From the NCBI GenBank assembly GCA_904501925.1, contig CAJGCO010000006.1, positions 150 to 64,149 of the forward strand: a stretch of DNA of 64,000 bases, written 5' to 3'. The position numbers and the translations under genes were made by a program. Shown one piece after another: positions 18,201-25,274 of the stretch (the stretch's first letter is position 1; each line of letters starts with the position of its first letter). This DNA comes from an uncultured Alphaproteobacteria bacterium. Its GTDB lineage: Bacteria > Pseudomonadota > Alphaproteobacteria > RF32 > CAG-239. Below the pieces are notes generated by a model that saw only the letters and a list, made by a program, of their open reading frames with translations, was not told the DNA's origin and did no database searches.

Positions 18201-21063
18201 TGCTAGATTATTTGTTGCAGAAGGAGATGGGGCAACTGCTACAAATAAAGGTGAAATTACAGTAACTGGCAGTGGTATTGGAATAGATGTGTTAAAAGGT
18301 GGTAAGGTCAATGTGACTGGAAGTTCGGCAAAAATTACAGTTGATGGTGGAAATGCTATAGGTATACAATCTGCAGATGAGGGAACTTTGGTTAATGTTT
18401 TTGCTGGTGCTGTATTGGATATTAGTAATAAAGGAACAGGTATTTTAACTAAAGAATATTCAAAATCTGAGAACTATGGTACAATAAATGTTAATAGTGA
18501 AGGGGTTGGTATTAAGGTTGAAGATGGTACACCTTCTAAAGCTAGTAAGACGATAAATCATGGAACAATAAATGTGGTTGGTGCAACAACTAAAGGTATT
18601 GTTGCAAATCCTGGTACGGAAGTGGAGAATGTGGGGGATATCAATATTAGTTCGAACAAACTAAGTGGCAAAGATGATCCATCAAATTATGCAGTTGGTA
18701 TTTGGACTGAGGGGACAGTTAAGAATTATTCTGATGGTAATAGTAAAGGGTATATTGTTGTAGGTAATAATGCTATTGGTGTTTATACAAGTAAATTAAA
18801 TGTAATAAATGATACAGGTAGGGAATTGGATAATATTCCAGGTGGTATTACAGTTAACGGTAATAATGCTATTGGTGTTTGGGGTAGTCTTAAAAATGGT
18901 ACTAGTGGACTATTGAGTGTTGTTAATGGAATTGGAGTTAAAGGTTCTATTGATAATGAAGGAGAAGTGAATGTATCTGGTGGAACAGGTATTGTAGGTA
19001 GCGCTTTTAATAGTGGTCTTATTGAGATTACGAGTGATGGTGTTGGTATTGAAGGTAGAGTAGAGAATACGGGAGAGATTGATAGTCGTACATCTAATGA
19101 AAAAGGTGGATTATATATTACTCAAGCTAGTAGTAATAGTGGAACTATTGAGGGGTCAGGTACGATTATTAAAGTTGCTGATGGTGGGACTTTTAGAAAT
19201 GATAGTAAAATTGATACTAATAACGCTATAATACGTATAGAAGGAAATGGTAGTTTTAATAATCTTGGAGATGTAACTAATACAAAATTTGTTATTGATA
19301 ATCTAGGGAAATTAAATAATACAGGGCAAATAGTATCTGATTCTGGAACTGTTGCTGAGGTTTCAGGTACATTTGATAATAGTGGAAGTATTAGTGTTGG
19401 ATCTGGAACTGCAGTTGTTGTGAAAAATGGGGGGTATTTTAGTAATTCTGGAACAATTGAGGTTGCAACAGGTAGTGCAGTTAGAGTTGAATCTGGTGGT
19501 AATGGTATAAATAATTCTGAGATTGTTTTAGCAGGTTCTGGTACAGCTATAAGAGTTGAATCTGGTGGTAGTTTTACAAATGCTGGTACTATTTCTTATA
19601 ATAGTAAGGTTAATGGACATTGTTCTAGCGGAAGTATGACTAATAGTGGTGAATGTAAAGATGTTTCAGCTGAAGAAGAGGAAAAAGAAACAGAGAGCGT
19701 TAGATTTGATTTTGATGATTTGATTATGGTTGATGACAGTGCTGAGTTTGTAAATAAAGGAAATGTTGATTTAGATGGCGTTGATATGGACTTTGGAAAT
19801 TCAGATAAATATGTTATAGCTAAAGGTGGTACATATAAGGCAGATACGTTTAAGGGTGAGATTAAGGCAAGCTCTGATATTGTTATGGGTAGTTTTTATA
19901 ATATTTATACTAATAAGAACTCATTTGTTGGTAAAGATGAGGGAATTGTGGTTTCATCTGATTCATATATGTTTGATGCTAGTTTAGAGAAAAATGAGGA
20001 AGATAATGTTGATGTTAAATTAGAAAGAAAGTCTTTTGATGAATTATTAGAAGATAAAGAATTAGCAGATTTCTTTGAAACAAACTATGTATTAGAGAAT
20101 AATTTAGCGATGTATGATAGTTTGAAAAAAGCTAGTAATAAAAAAGAATTTAGTAATGTGACAAATCAAGAGACTGGTAAAGGATTTTATGCAAACTTGG
20201 CTCGTGAGAATATGGCTGTTATTAGAATATTAAATGATCAAAAGCAAAATGATGTATTAAATAATGGTGTTTTATATTCTGGTGTTGGTGCGAATTATTA
20301 TAGAACATCTAAGAATGGTGTGGATGGTTTGTCTGATTATGAAGACGATATATTTAGTGCAAATATTGGTACTGGAAAAGCACTTAGCAAGAATTTGAGT
20401 GTTGGGGCAAATTTAACAGGTGCGTTTGTTAAATCTAGTTATGGTGATGTTAATTCTGAGCGTGAAAACAAGATTATTATGGCATTCTTGCCAATTATGT
20501 ATAAGAACAATAATTATAAGCATGTTATGATGCCTAGTATGGGTGTTGGATTTGGTAGCTATGAGCGTAGTGCGCCATCTGGTAAGTATGATGCTGATAC
20601 ATTTGATATTTATTATGGTTTGTATAATCATTCTGAATATGATGTAGATTTGAAGGTTATGGAACTTGTTTTGGAAGCTGAATTAAATCTTCAAGGAATA
20701 TCATCTGATGATGCTGATGAAAATAATGGTTTAACATTGAAAGCAAATGATAGCTTATCTATGGAAGCTGGTATTGGTATTAAATTGAGAAAACAAATTG
20801 AATTGGCTAAAAATCGTTCTTTGATGTTGGCTATTGGTACAAAGTATTATCATGAATTTTTAGATCCTTATGAAGAATTAAAAGTTGGTATTAATAATTC
20901 TTACTTTACAAATAAAGGTTATGAAGAGGATAAGAACCGTTTAAAGACTACGGCTGAAGCGCTTTATAAAGATGGTGATTTAGCAATTTCAGCTCAGATT
21001 ACTCATAATAAAGAAAAAGAGAGTAATGTTGAAGGTGGAGTTGGTGTTCGATATAGCTTTTAA
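15229..21063 (+). CDS. Giant autotransporter-type surface protein with N-terminal ankyrin module
   Basis: 1944 aa. Contains an N-terminal signal-like segment, an ankyrin repeat (NGDTGLCIAIKRNNHVAFESFRRAGANV), and a Gly-rich hydrophobic segment. A long passenger follows with reiterated GxIxNxGxI beta-helix-like repeats. The C-terminal roughly 280 aa resemble a beta-barrel and end in ...GVGVRYSF. Confidence 0.85.
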   Translation: MNLKAKFLFFISFISVIGSADEGFCASRLTPQDFNRMYYIASLGRVDILRNAVNRGMNINTVNQNGDTGLCIAIKRNNHVAFESFRRAGANVKHPCTNKIRTQYAAFMGRQNSKQQIEANKKYKSLYYPEEENKLLPWVLGGLALGGGALAFSGGGGGYAPSGDNGENITPVVAGDGLGTLLINYKKSIIDGQGVNGLDIDVRNSLPQSNINSIQMIPNMLDNFSNLYSYAVAKNGAGYINKGILSLYDGTIGLSATGNQSNVTNNNKIDINSVNGSIGLVASNGSIASNGRDKNDSSTINITYKGTKAGAAVIGMYADTNSTIENYGTIFGSTVSIPVSNAGGKSGIGLLATEEVLEEEGTEEEETEEKEEEKPVINANSGTILGMGVFDFYTGTNFSSQVIRALNYGEINLSAGYNDSTDASVSLIGMGSFLDDNFLYGTSNPNFAEQMILNNMGDIKLSYQGKYLLADNALKLGDGGLIGIRADGSTDALNNGSINDALNNGSINIDLRATNLPQNIDVAAGMLSVHGADLTNNGEITILNAADSGGVTYGMVATTGDGSQTRVYKFKEPLVKNDGTINMHVSNSYGMASFAGGNVINNGTINLGIEKGDSKYTNNYGLYAAGTDKTREIELVNKGTINVNSINSVAIMNEFSGSVDLINDGVIYLSNKATNSKVFGGNFSKATNNSSIMYKVGNSESFSYPELSEISYPDGTVGYEDPIALTIKNAPVGSVVEIASDATKAKQTFDNNGNIVIGDEKKIDVDYGGTFGTAAVKVSNQGSAFNYGEIKLVKYEEDTDQYNTGLYLDSSATAESYVESYGLIDVDAHYSIGIRNDSVPGAVARNFGIINADGLYSVGMAATQVNATVSNGSYNNNANANINVNASGAAGFYLNNGKAYNYGTINLNTSGTRAFYVSGKKAQILEHGTIWYNRDVEDIIFYVVTNGASLEFDDLTANVDTYTFAKALTGAQGVGSVIWGANSKAYVSGANARLFVAEGDGATATNKGEITVTGSGIGIDVLKGGKVNVTGSSAKITVDGGNAIGIQSADEGTLVNVFAGAVLDISNKGTGILTKEYSKSENYGTINVNSEGVGIKVEDGTPSKASKTINHGTINVVGATTKGIVANPGTEVENVGDINISSNKLSGKDDPSNYAVGIWTEGTVKNYSDGNSKGYIVVGNNAIGVYTSKLNVINDTGRELDNIPGGITVNGNNAIGVWGSLKNGTSGLLSVVNGIGVKGSIDNEGEVNVSGGTGIVGSAFNSGLIEITSDGVGIEGRVENTGEIDSRTSNEKGGLYITQASSNSGTIEGSGTIIKVADGGTFRNDSKIDTNNAIIRIEGNGSFNNLGDVTNTKFVIDNLGKLNNTGQIVSDSGTVAEVSGTFDNSGSISVGSGTAVVVKNGGYFSNSGTIEVATGSAVRVESGGNGINNSEIVLAGSGTAIRVESGGSFTNAGTISYNSKVNGHCSSGSMTNSGECKDVSAEEEEKETESVRFDFDDLIMVDDSAEFVNKGNVDLDGVDMDFGNSDKYVIAKGGTYKADTFKGEIKASSDIVMGSFYNIYTNKNSFVGKDEGIVVSSDSYMFDASLEKNEEDNVDVKLERKSFDELLEDKELADFFETNYVLENNLAMYDSLKKASNKKEFSNVTNQETGKGFYANLARENMAVIRILNDQKQNDVLNNGVLYSGVGANYYRTSKNGVDGLSDYEDDIFSANIGTGKALSKNLSVGANLTGAFVKSSYGDVNSERENKIIMAFLPIMYKNNNYKHVMMPSMGVGFGSYERSAPSGKYDADTFDIYYGLYNHSEYDVDLKVMELVLEAELNLQGISSDDADENNGLTLKANDSLSMEAGIGIKLRKQIELAKNRSLMLAIGTKYYHEFLDPYEELKVGINNSYFTNKGYEEDKNRLKTTAEALYKDGDLAISAQITHNKEKESNVEGGVGVRYSF
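16699..16752 (+). repeat. Perfect 27-bp tandem duplication inside the autotransporter gene
   Basis: gatgcattaaataatggtagtataaat occurs twice back to back, in frame, giving DALNNGSIN twice. Confidence 0.95.
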
Positions 21064-21088
21064 ATAAAAAAATAGTAAAAAGATAAGA

Positions 21089-21117
21089 ATGGTGCACGTA
21101 AGTGTGCCATTTTTTTG
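21089..21117 (+). terminator. Rho-independent terminator after the autotransporter gene
   Basis: 9-bp stem ATGGTGCAC/GTGTGCCAT (two G-U pairs), GTAA loop, then T7. Confidence 0.8.
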
Positions 21118-21393
21118 TTGGAATGGTGGGGAACGAAAAATGTTGCAAAAGGGGGGAAAATGTGATAGTATATAAGTGGTTATATATTGTTATGTATGTT
21201 GTTTTGATTATTTTTATGTTATTTTTCATAATTGATTGATGGGGTTTTTTCTTGTCTTTTGGTTAATGAATAATACGTATTTATAGTTGTTATTTCATAT
21301 GGCAATTTATAACTAAGTATAATATTAATCAAGAGGGAGTGGAACAGGCTTTCAAAGGAAAAGCTACCTCTTTAAAAACCACATTAGTAATTT
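21118..21393 (+). promoter_or_regulatory. Promoter-leader module, family 1, copy A
   Basis: -35 TTGCAA at 21143-21148, a 17-nt spacer containing G6 and TGn, and -10 TAGTAT at 21166-21171. The leader of about 220 nt is near-identical to copy B and conserved block-wise with copy C. The conserved 3' block GAGGGAGTGGAACAGG...GCTACCTCTTTAAAAACCACAT ends 9 nt before the ATG. Confidence 0.7.
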
Positions 21394-21918
21394 ATGAAAA
21401 AAATTTTAACAATGTTGTTGGTTGCTGCGATGATGAGTGTATGCGCAAGTGCTAACACCAACGCCAACACCGGTGAGCCAGTTACAGCGAAAGCAAATCC
21501 TGTTAAGGTTAATCTTAAAGGTAAAAGTTTGACCGTAAATGGAGAGACATTTGTTTTCAACCTCTCTGAAGAGGAAGATACAGCGGTGTTTCTTGATATA
21601 GCAAAAGCTACATGGGCGATTGTTATTCCTAAACCTGAAGGAACAAACTGGAAGGAGGATGGCGATTGGCTGCATATCTACAAGTACCAAGGACGCTATT
21701 GCTATAGTCTGCAGAAGACTTCATTTGAGTTTACCTCAAATAAGTACGAGGCTAAGCCGTATTATACGCGAAATTGGGACTTAGTTGAACATGTAGATTA
21801 CGCCGAATGGTGTGATCCTGCATTTGCTAAAGGCATGAATATCGGTTATGCTTACCTGGAAAAGGGAGACGGCAGATTTGTGCTTGTATATGGCAATGAG
21901 GCATCATACATCAAGTAG
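21394..21918 (+). CDS. Hypothetical lipoprotein
   Basis: Signal peptide with a lipobox (AAMMSVC). Visibly more GC-rich than the flanking genes. No Shine-Dalgarno site. No family was recognised. Confidence 0.6.
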   Translation: MKKILTMLLVAAMMSVCASANTNANTGEPVTAKANPVKVNLKGKSLTVNGETFVFNLSEEEDTAVFLDIAKATWAIVIPKPEGTNWKEDGDWLHIYKYQGRYCYSLQKTSFEFTSNKYEAKPYYTRNWDLVEHVDYAEWCDPAFAKGMNIGYAYLEKGDGRFVLVYGNEASYIK

Positions 21919-21939
21919 ACAAGTAAACAACAAAAAATT

Positions 21940-21985
21940 GAGCGAGGTTAATCTTATTGAGGATTTTCCTCGCTCTTTTGTTTTT
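21940..21985 (+). terminator. Rho-independent terminator
   Basis: Stem GAGCGAGG/CCTCGCTC (21940-21947, 21968-21975) followed by TTTTGTTTTT. Confidence 0.8.
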
Positions 21986-21989
21986 AAAT

Positions 21990-22016
21990 AAAAAAAGACC
22001 TAAGCTTGGAGCTTAG
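21990..22016 (-). terminator. Rho-independent terminator for the convergent 22027 gene
   Basis: Stem CTAAGCT/AGCTTAG, with a U-run on the minus strand from the A-run at 21990-21996. Confidence 0.7.
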
Positions 22017-22026
22017 ATCTTAATGT

Positions 22027-22548
22027 TTAGTTTTCGTCAATACAAATGCGTTTCATAATGACGTTGCCATAATCAAAATAGCATTCATCAATAGGGCGTG
22101 AGTGAGTGTCTTGCAAACGACAAACACTGCCGTTTATAACCCAGAAAAAGCCCTTAGGAAGTGGTCTGTAGCCACAAGTGACGCGCATTCTTGAAATTTC
22201 ATCAAAATACTTCCTAAGCAAAGGAAGTTCGGTCATCTCGTCTAGCAATTCGCCACCATGGGTGCGTGTGTTGCATATGGCGCTCTCAATGCCCCAGCCT
22301 CCACCGTATTGGGCGCATTCATGAATTACAAGCGAATTTGAAATGCGAATACCAATAACCTCTCCAAGGCTAAGATCAAAAGATGTGCTTTCTTTAAGAG
22401 TGCTATATACATAGCGAGGAGTGGTAAAATCATCAACGGGTTTAACCTTGATGTCGTTGAATTGCAGAGATGGGATTTTGTAGCTTGGTGCTTCATCTTT
22501 GATTGGCTTTCTTTTATGCGAGCCAGTGGAAACTTTGTTTTTACTCAT
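22027..22548 (-). CDS. Hypothetical protein (173 aa)
   Basis: GC-enriched ORF with a basic N-terminus and no Shine-Dalgarno site. An ATTGCAAA-containing promoter-like sequence lies upstream. No family was recognised. Confidence 0.5.
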   Translation of the reverse strand: MSKNKVSTGSHKRKPIKDEAPSYKIPSLQFNDIKVKPVDDFTTPRYVYSTLKESTSFDLSLGEVIGIRISNSLVIHECAQYGGGWGIESAICNTRTHGGELLDEMTELPLLRKYFDEISRMRVTCGYRPLPKGFFWVINGSVCRLQDTHSRPIDECYFDYGNVIMKRICIDEN

Positions 22549-22622
22549 AATAAGATGGTATTAGATGGACATAAATATATTTATTTGTGTTGTATGTTAT
22601 ATATGATTTTTTATTTTGCAAT

Positions 22623-22650
22623 AAAAAAAAGCTAGCAGAGAGGCTAGCTT
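22623..22650 (-). terminator. Rho-independent terminator after the 496-aa gene
   Basis: Stem AGCTAGC/GCTAGCT, with a U-run on the minus strand from the A-run at 22623-22630. Confidence 0.8.
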
Positions 22651-22670
22651 TGAAATGGGATAAGCTATTA

Positions 22671-24161
22671 CTATAAACGTCCAACTTCGGCAAGAGATAA
22701 TAAAATGGCATTATTATCTAACATCTCTTTTTGTTTTTGAACAGAACGGATTAAGCTTTGATATTTAACAGCGGTAGTTGTGATGTTGTTAAAATCTGCA
22801 ATATCGTTTGCTGAAAGAGATTTCCATGCTTTGTTGATATGAATTTTGGCAGTTTTACCAAACTCATCAAAGCTTTCTGGTAGAATGTTTTTTGATTTCA
22901 AATAATATGCTTTATTTAAATATTCATTTTCATTGGTGGCAAATGCGGTTACACCATCAAAAGGTTCATAACTTTCTACGATATAGTTTTTTTGAAGCTC
23001 TTTTTTGATGTATGGAAGAGGATCTTCGTTAAGAGCTTTGCAGTTTTCATCTATCCAGAAGAGTTTTTGCATTAGATATAAGTTACTTTGGTGCATAGCA
23101 CTACGGTGAATATCAATACAAAGTTTACGCTTTTCGTCGGCTTGTTTTTTTAAGTTATTAACTTTGGCTTTTAATTCTTCGGAATCTTTTTTCTTACTTA
23201 ATTGTTCTTTGGCGTTTCTTAGTTTTGCATCTATTATGCGAAATTCTTCGTATGCACCATGTGAACGAATGTGGGCAAAGAACATACAGGTTTGTTTGAA
23301 CTGAAATTCAACATAGATTTTTTTACCTGTTTTAGGATCCATAATTACGGCAGTTTTTTTGATGTCAAAATAAATACGTTGGTTTTCACTTAAATTCTTT
23401 TTGTATGAGTTTCTTTCGCCATCTTCAAATTTTATGTAGTCTGGGAATTTTTTTTCAAACTCTTTGATAAGCTCTTCTAGGTCACCAGGATATTTTGATG
23501 TAACAGATAAACGAAAGATATCTTTAGGGATTGCTTCGTATTTTGCTGCATTAAGTACTTGATGTTTTATATGTTTAGGAGTGCGTCCTGTTAGAGCTTG
23601 GAGTAATTTACAATCCGGAGTAAAGAATGGAAGTTCCGGTTCTTCTTCGAAAGCATTTTGACCGAAATCACTCATTGTATTATCACGAGCTTCTTTGTAT
23701 TCAGCATAGCATTCTAAAATCATTTTTTCAATAGAACGATGAACATCTTTTATAGGCGGACAAATTACAAATACGTCATTACATTCGCCGTTGATGTAGT
23801 GCAACATTGAAGTTGTACAAGGAGCAAGGTGACGTGTTGAATATTCGATGTAGCCATTTTTATCGGCTTCAATTTCACCAGTTTTTAGATTGATGTTATA
23901 TACGTTTTCCGGAAAGCCAGGCTTGTTTTCGGTTTTGAATGATTTAACAATAGCGTTGAATATTAAACGGAATGTTTCCATTGTGTTGGTATAGCTATCA
24001 TATATCATTTTCTTTTCGTGATCATTTAAGAACTTTAACTCGTCCTCACGGGATTTAATATATTCTACAGCTGTTTTATCAATATCCTCTTGAACACTAT
24101 CTATACTAGCGGATGAAAAATCGCGAATAGTATCAAGGGTGTATGTGTTTAATATTCTCAT
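22671..24161 (-). CDS. Hypothetical protein (496 aa) with possible RelA/SpoT-like nucleotidyltransferase motif
   Basis: Long monocistronic ORF with its own terminator. The segment YVEFQFKQTCMFFAHIRSHGAYEEF resembles the ExQxRT...H..YK synthetase motif. Other RSH motifs were not found. Confidence 0.55.
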   Translation of the reverse strand: MRILNTYTLDTIRDFSSASIDSVQEDIDKTAVEYIKSREDELKFLNDHEKKMIYDSYTNTMETFRLIFNAIVKSFKTENKPGFPENVYNINLKTGEIEADKNGYIEYSTRHLAPCTTSMLHYINGECNDVFVICPPIKDVHRSIEKMILECYAEYKEARDNTMSDFGQNAFEEEPELPFFTPDCKLLQALTGRTPKHIKHQVLNAAKYEAIPKDIFRLSVTSKYPGDLEELIKEFEKKFPDYIKFEDGERNSYKKNLSENQRIYFDIKKTAVIMDPKTGKKIYVEFQFKQTCMFFAHIRSHGAYEEFRIIDAKLRNAKEQLSKKKDSEELKAKVNNLKKQADEKRKLCIDIHRSAMHQSNLYLMQKLFWIDENCKALNEDPLPYIKKELQKNYIVESYEPFDGVTAFATNENEYLNKAYYLKSKNILPESFDEFGKTAKIHINKAWKSLSANDIADFNNITTTAVKYQSLIRSVQKQKEMLDNNAILLSLAEVGRL

Positions 24162-24253
24162 TTTACTTAGCTTTCTTTTTATATCGCAATATTAGGTTAG
24201 TCTAACATGTTTTTTATAATATGGCAAATGTTTTTTTTGATAAAAAAGTGGGC

Positions 24254-24282
24254 TTGACAGGTGGTGAGTTTTTTGATATATT
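24254..24282 (+). promoter_or_regulatory. Sigma70-type promoter for ppa
   Basis: TTGACA (24254-24259), a 17-nt spacer, then TATATT (24277-24282). Confidence 0.55.
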
Positions 24283-24318
24283 GCGTGCTAATGTGATAAT
24301 TTTTTTTTGAGGTATAAA

Positions 24319-24852
24319 ATGCATCCTTGGCACCAAGTAAAACACTATTTACAATTTCCTGATATTGTTCCTGCAATTATTGAAGTTCCTAAAGGTTCTC
24401 AGGTTAAGTATGAGTTGGATAAGGAAAGTGGTTTAGTTAAAGTGGATAGAATTTTGTATTCTGCAGTACATTATCCAGCTAACTATGGTTTTATTCCTCA
24501 GACATATTGTGAAGATAATGACCCATTAGATATATTGGTTTTGGGGCAAGAGTCTATTCATCCTCTTTCTATTATGAGGGCAAGACCGATTGGTGTGATG
24601 AAGATGATTGACTGTGGTGAGGCTGATGATAAGATTATTGCTATTCATGAGGATGATCCTGAATATAATGAATATACTCATATTTCGCAGTTGCCTGTTC
24701 ATATTTTAAGAATGTTACAAAGATTTTTTGAAGATTATAAAGTTTTAGAGAAAAAGCAGGTAACAATCGAGAGCTTTTTAGGCCCTGAAGAGGCTAAAAA
24801 GCTCATCGAAGATGCACGTTATGCATATGAAGTAAAATTTGGTAATCAATAA
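24319..24852 (+). CDS. ppa: Inorganic pyrophosphatase (family I)
   Basis: [25 protein letters not shown] and DPLDILV motifs. The ATG at 24319 is preceded by GAGGT. Confidence 0.9.
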   Translation: MHPWHQVKHYLQFPDIVPAIIEVPKGSQVKYELDKESGLVKVDRILYSAVHYPANYGFIPQTYCEDNDPLDILVLGQESIHPLSIMRARPIGVMKMIDCGEADDKIIAIHEDDPEYNEYTHISQLPVHILRMLQRFFEDYKVLEKKQVTIESFLGPEEAKKLIEDARYAYEVKFGNQ

Positions 24853-25212
24853 TTATTTTTTAAGTAGCGTGTTTACTACATCATTCATACGATTAAAGAA
24901 AGTTTCTGGACTACTGAAATAACGACTTTTGATGTTATTTCTTTGGTGAATTTCTTTAATTGATGGTGCAAAATTATACATTTGGATATAACCAAATCCT
25001 GCGATTAAGAAGATTATTAACCACATCATTTTTTTGCCTAGTGCGAAGAAAAATAATGAGAAAAATGTGATAACGCCAACGATAAAATATGCGCTGTATA
25101 TTACTTTATCAGCTGATTTGGTTAGTTCTAAGTCTTCTAAAAAGAATAGACCTACAACGCCTACAGCTAAAAATTTTAAAACAAAAATTGAAAGAGCTAT
25201 TAGTGTAAACAT
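24853..25212 (-). CDS. Hypothetical small membrane protein
   Basis: 119 aa with three hydrophobic helices. No family was recognised. Confidence 0.45.
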   Translation of the reverse strand: MFTLIALSIFVLKFLAVGVVGLFFLEDLELTKSADKVIYSAYFIVGVITFFSLFFFALGKKMMWLIIFLIAGFGYIQMYNFAPSIKEIHQRNNIKSRYFSSPETFFNRMNDVVNTLLKK

Positions 25213-25225
25213 TTTGTATTCCTAA

Positions 25226-25260
25226 AAATTATATAAAGCCTCATTGGTTTGAGGCTTTAT
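25226..25260 (-). terminator. Terminator hairpin after the nfeD-SPFH operon
   Basis: Perfect 11-bp stem ATAAAGCCTCA/TGAGGCTTTAT. Confidence 0.6.
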
Positions 25261-25274
25261 ATGTAAGTTTGGTT

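Noticed and set aside
21196-21243. Short hydrophobic upstream ORF in the family-1 leaders (A: MYVVLIIFMLFFIID, B: MYVVLIIFMFFHN, C: MIRSFLCYFQD) as a possible leader peptide.
   Set aside because: There is no ribosome-binding site. A 1-nt indel between A and B shifts the frame and changes the stop used, and copy C encodes an unrelated peptide. The conservation is at the nucleotide level, not the peptide level. A role in attenuation cannot be fully excluded.
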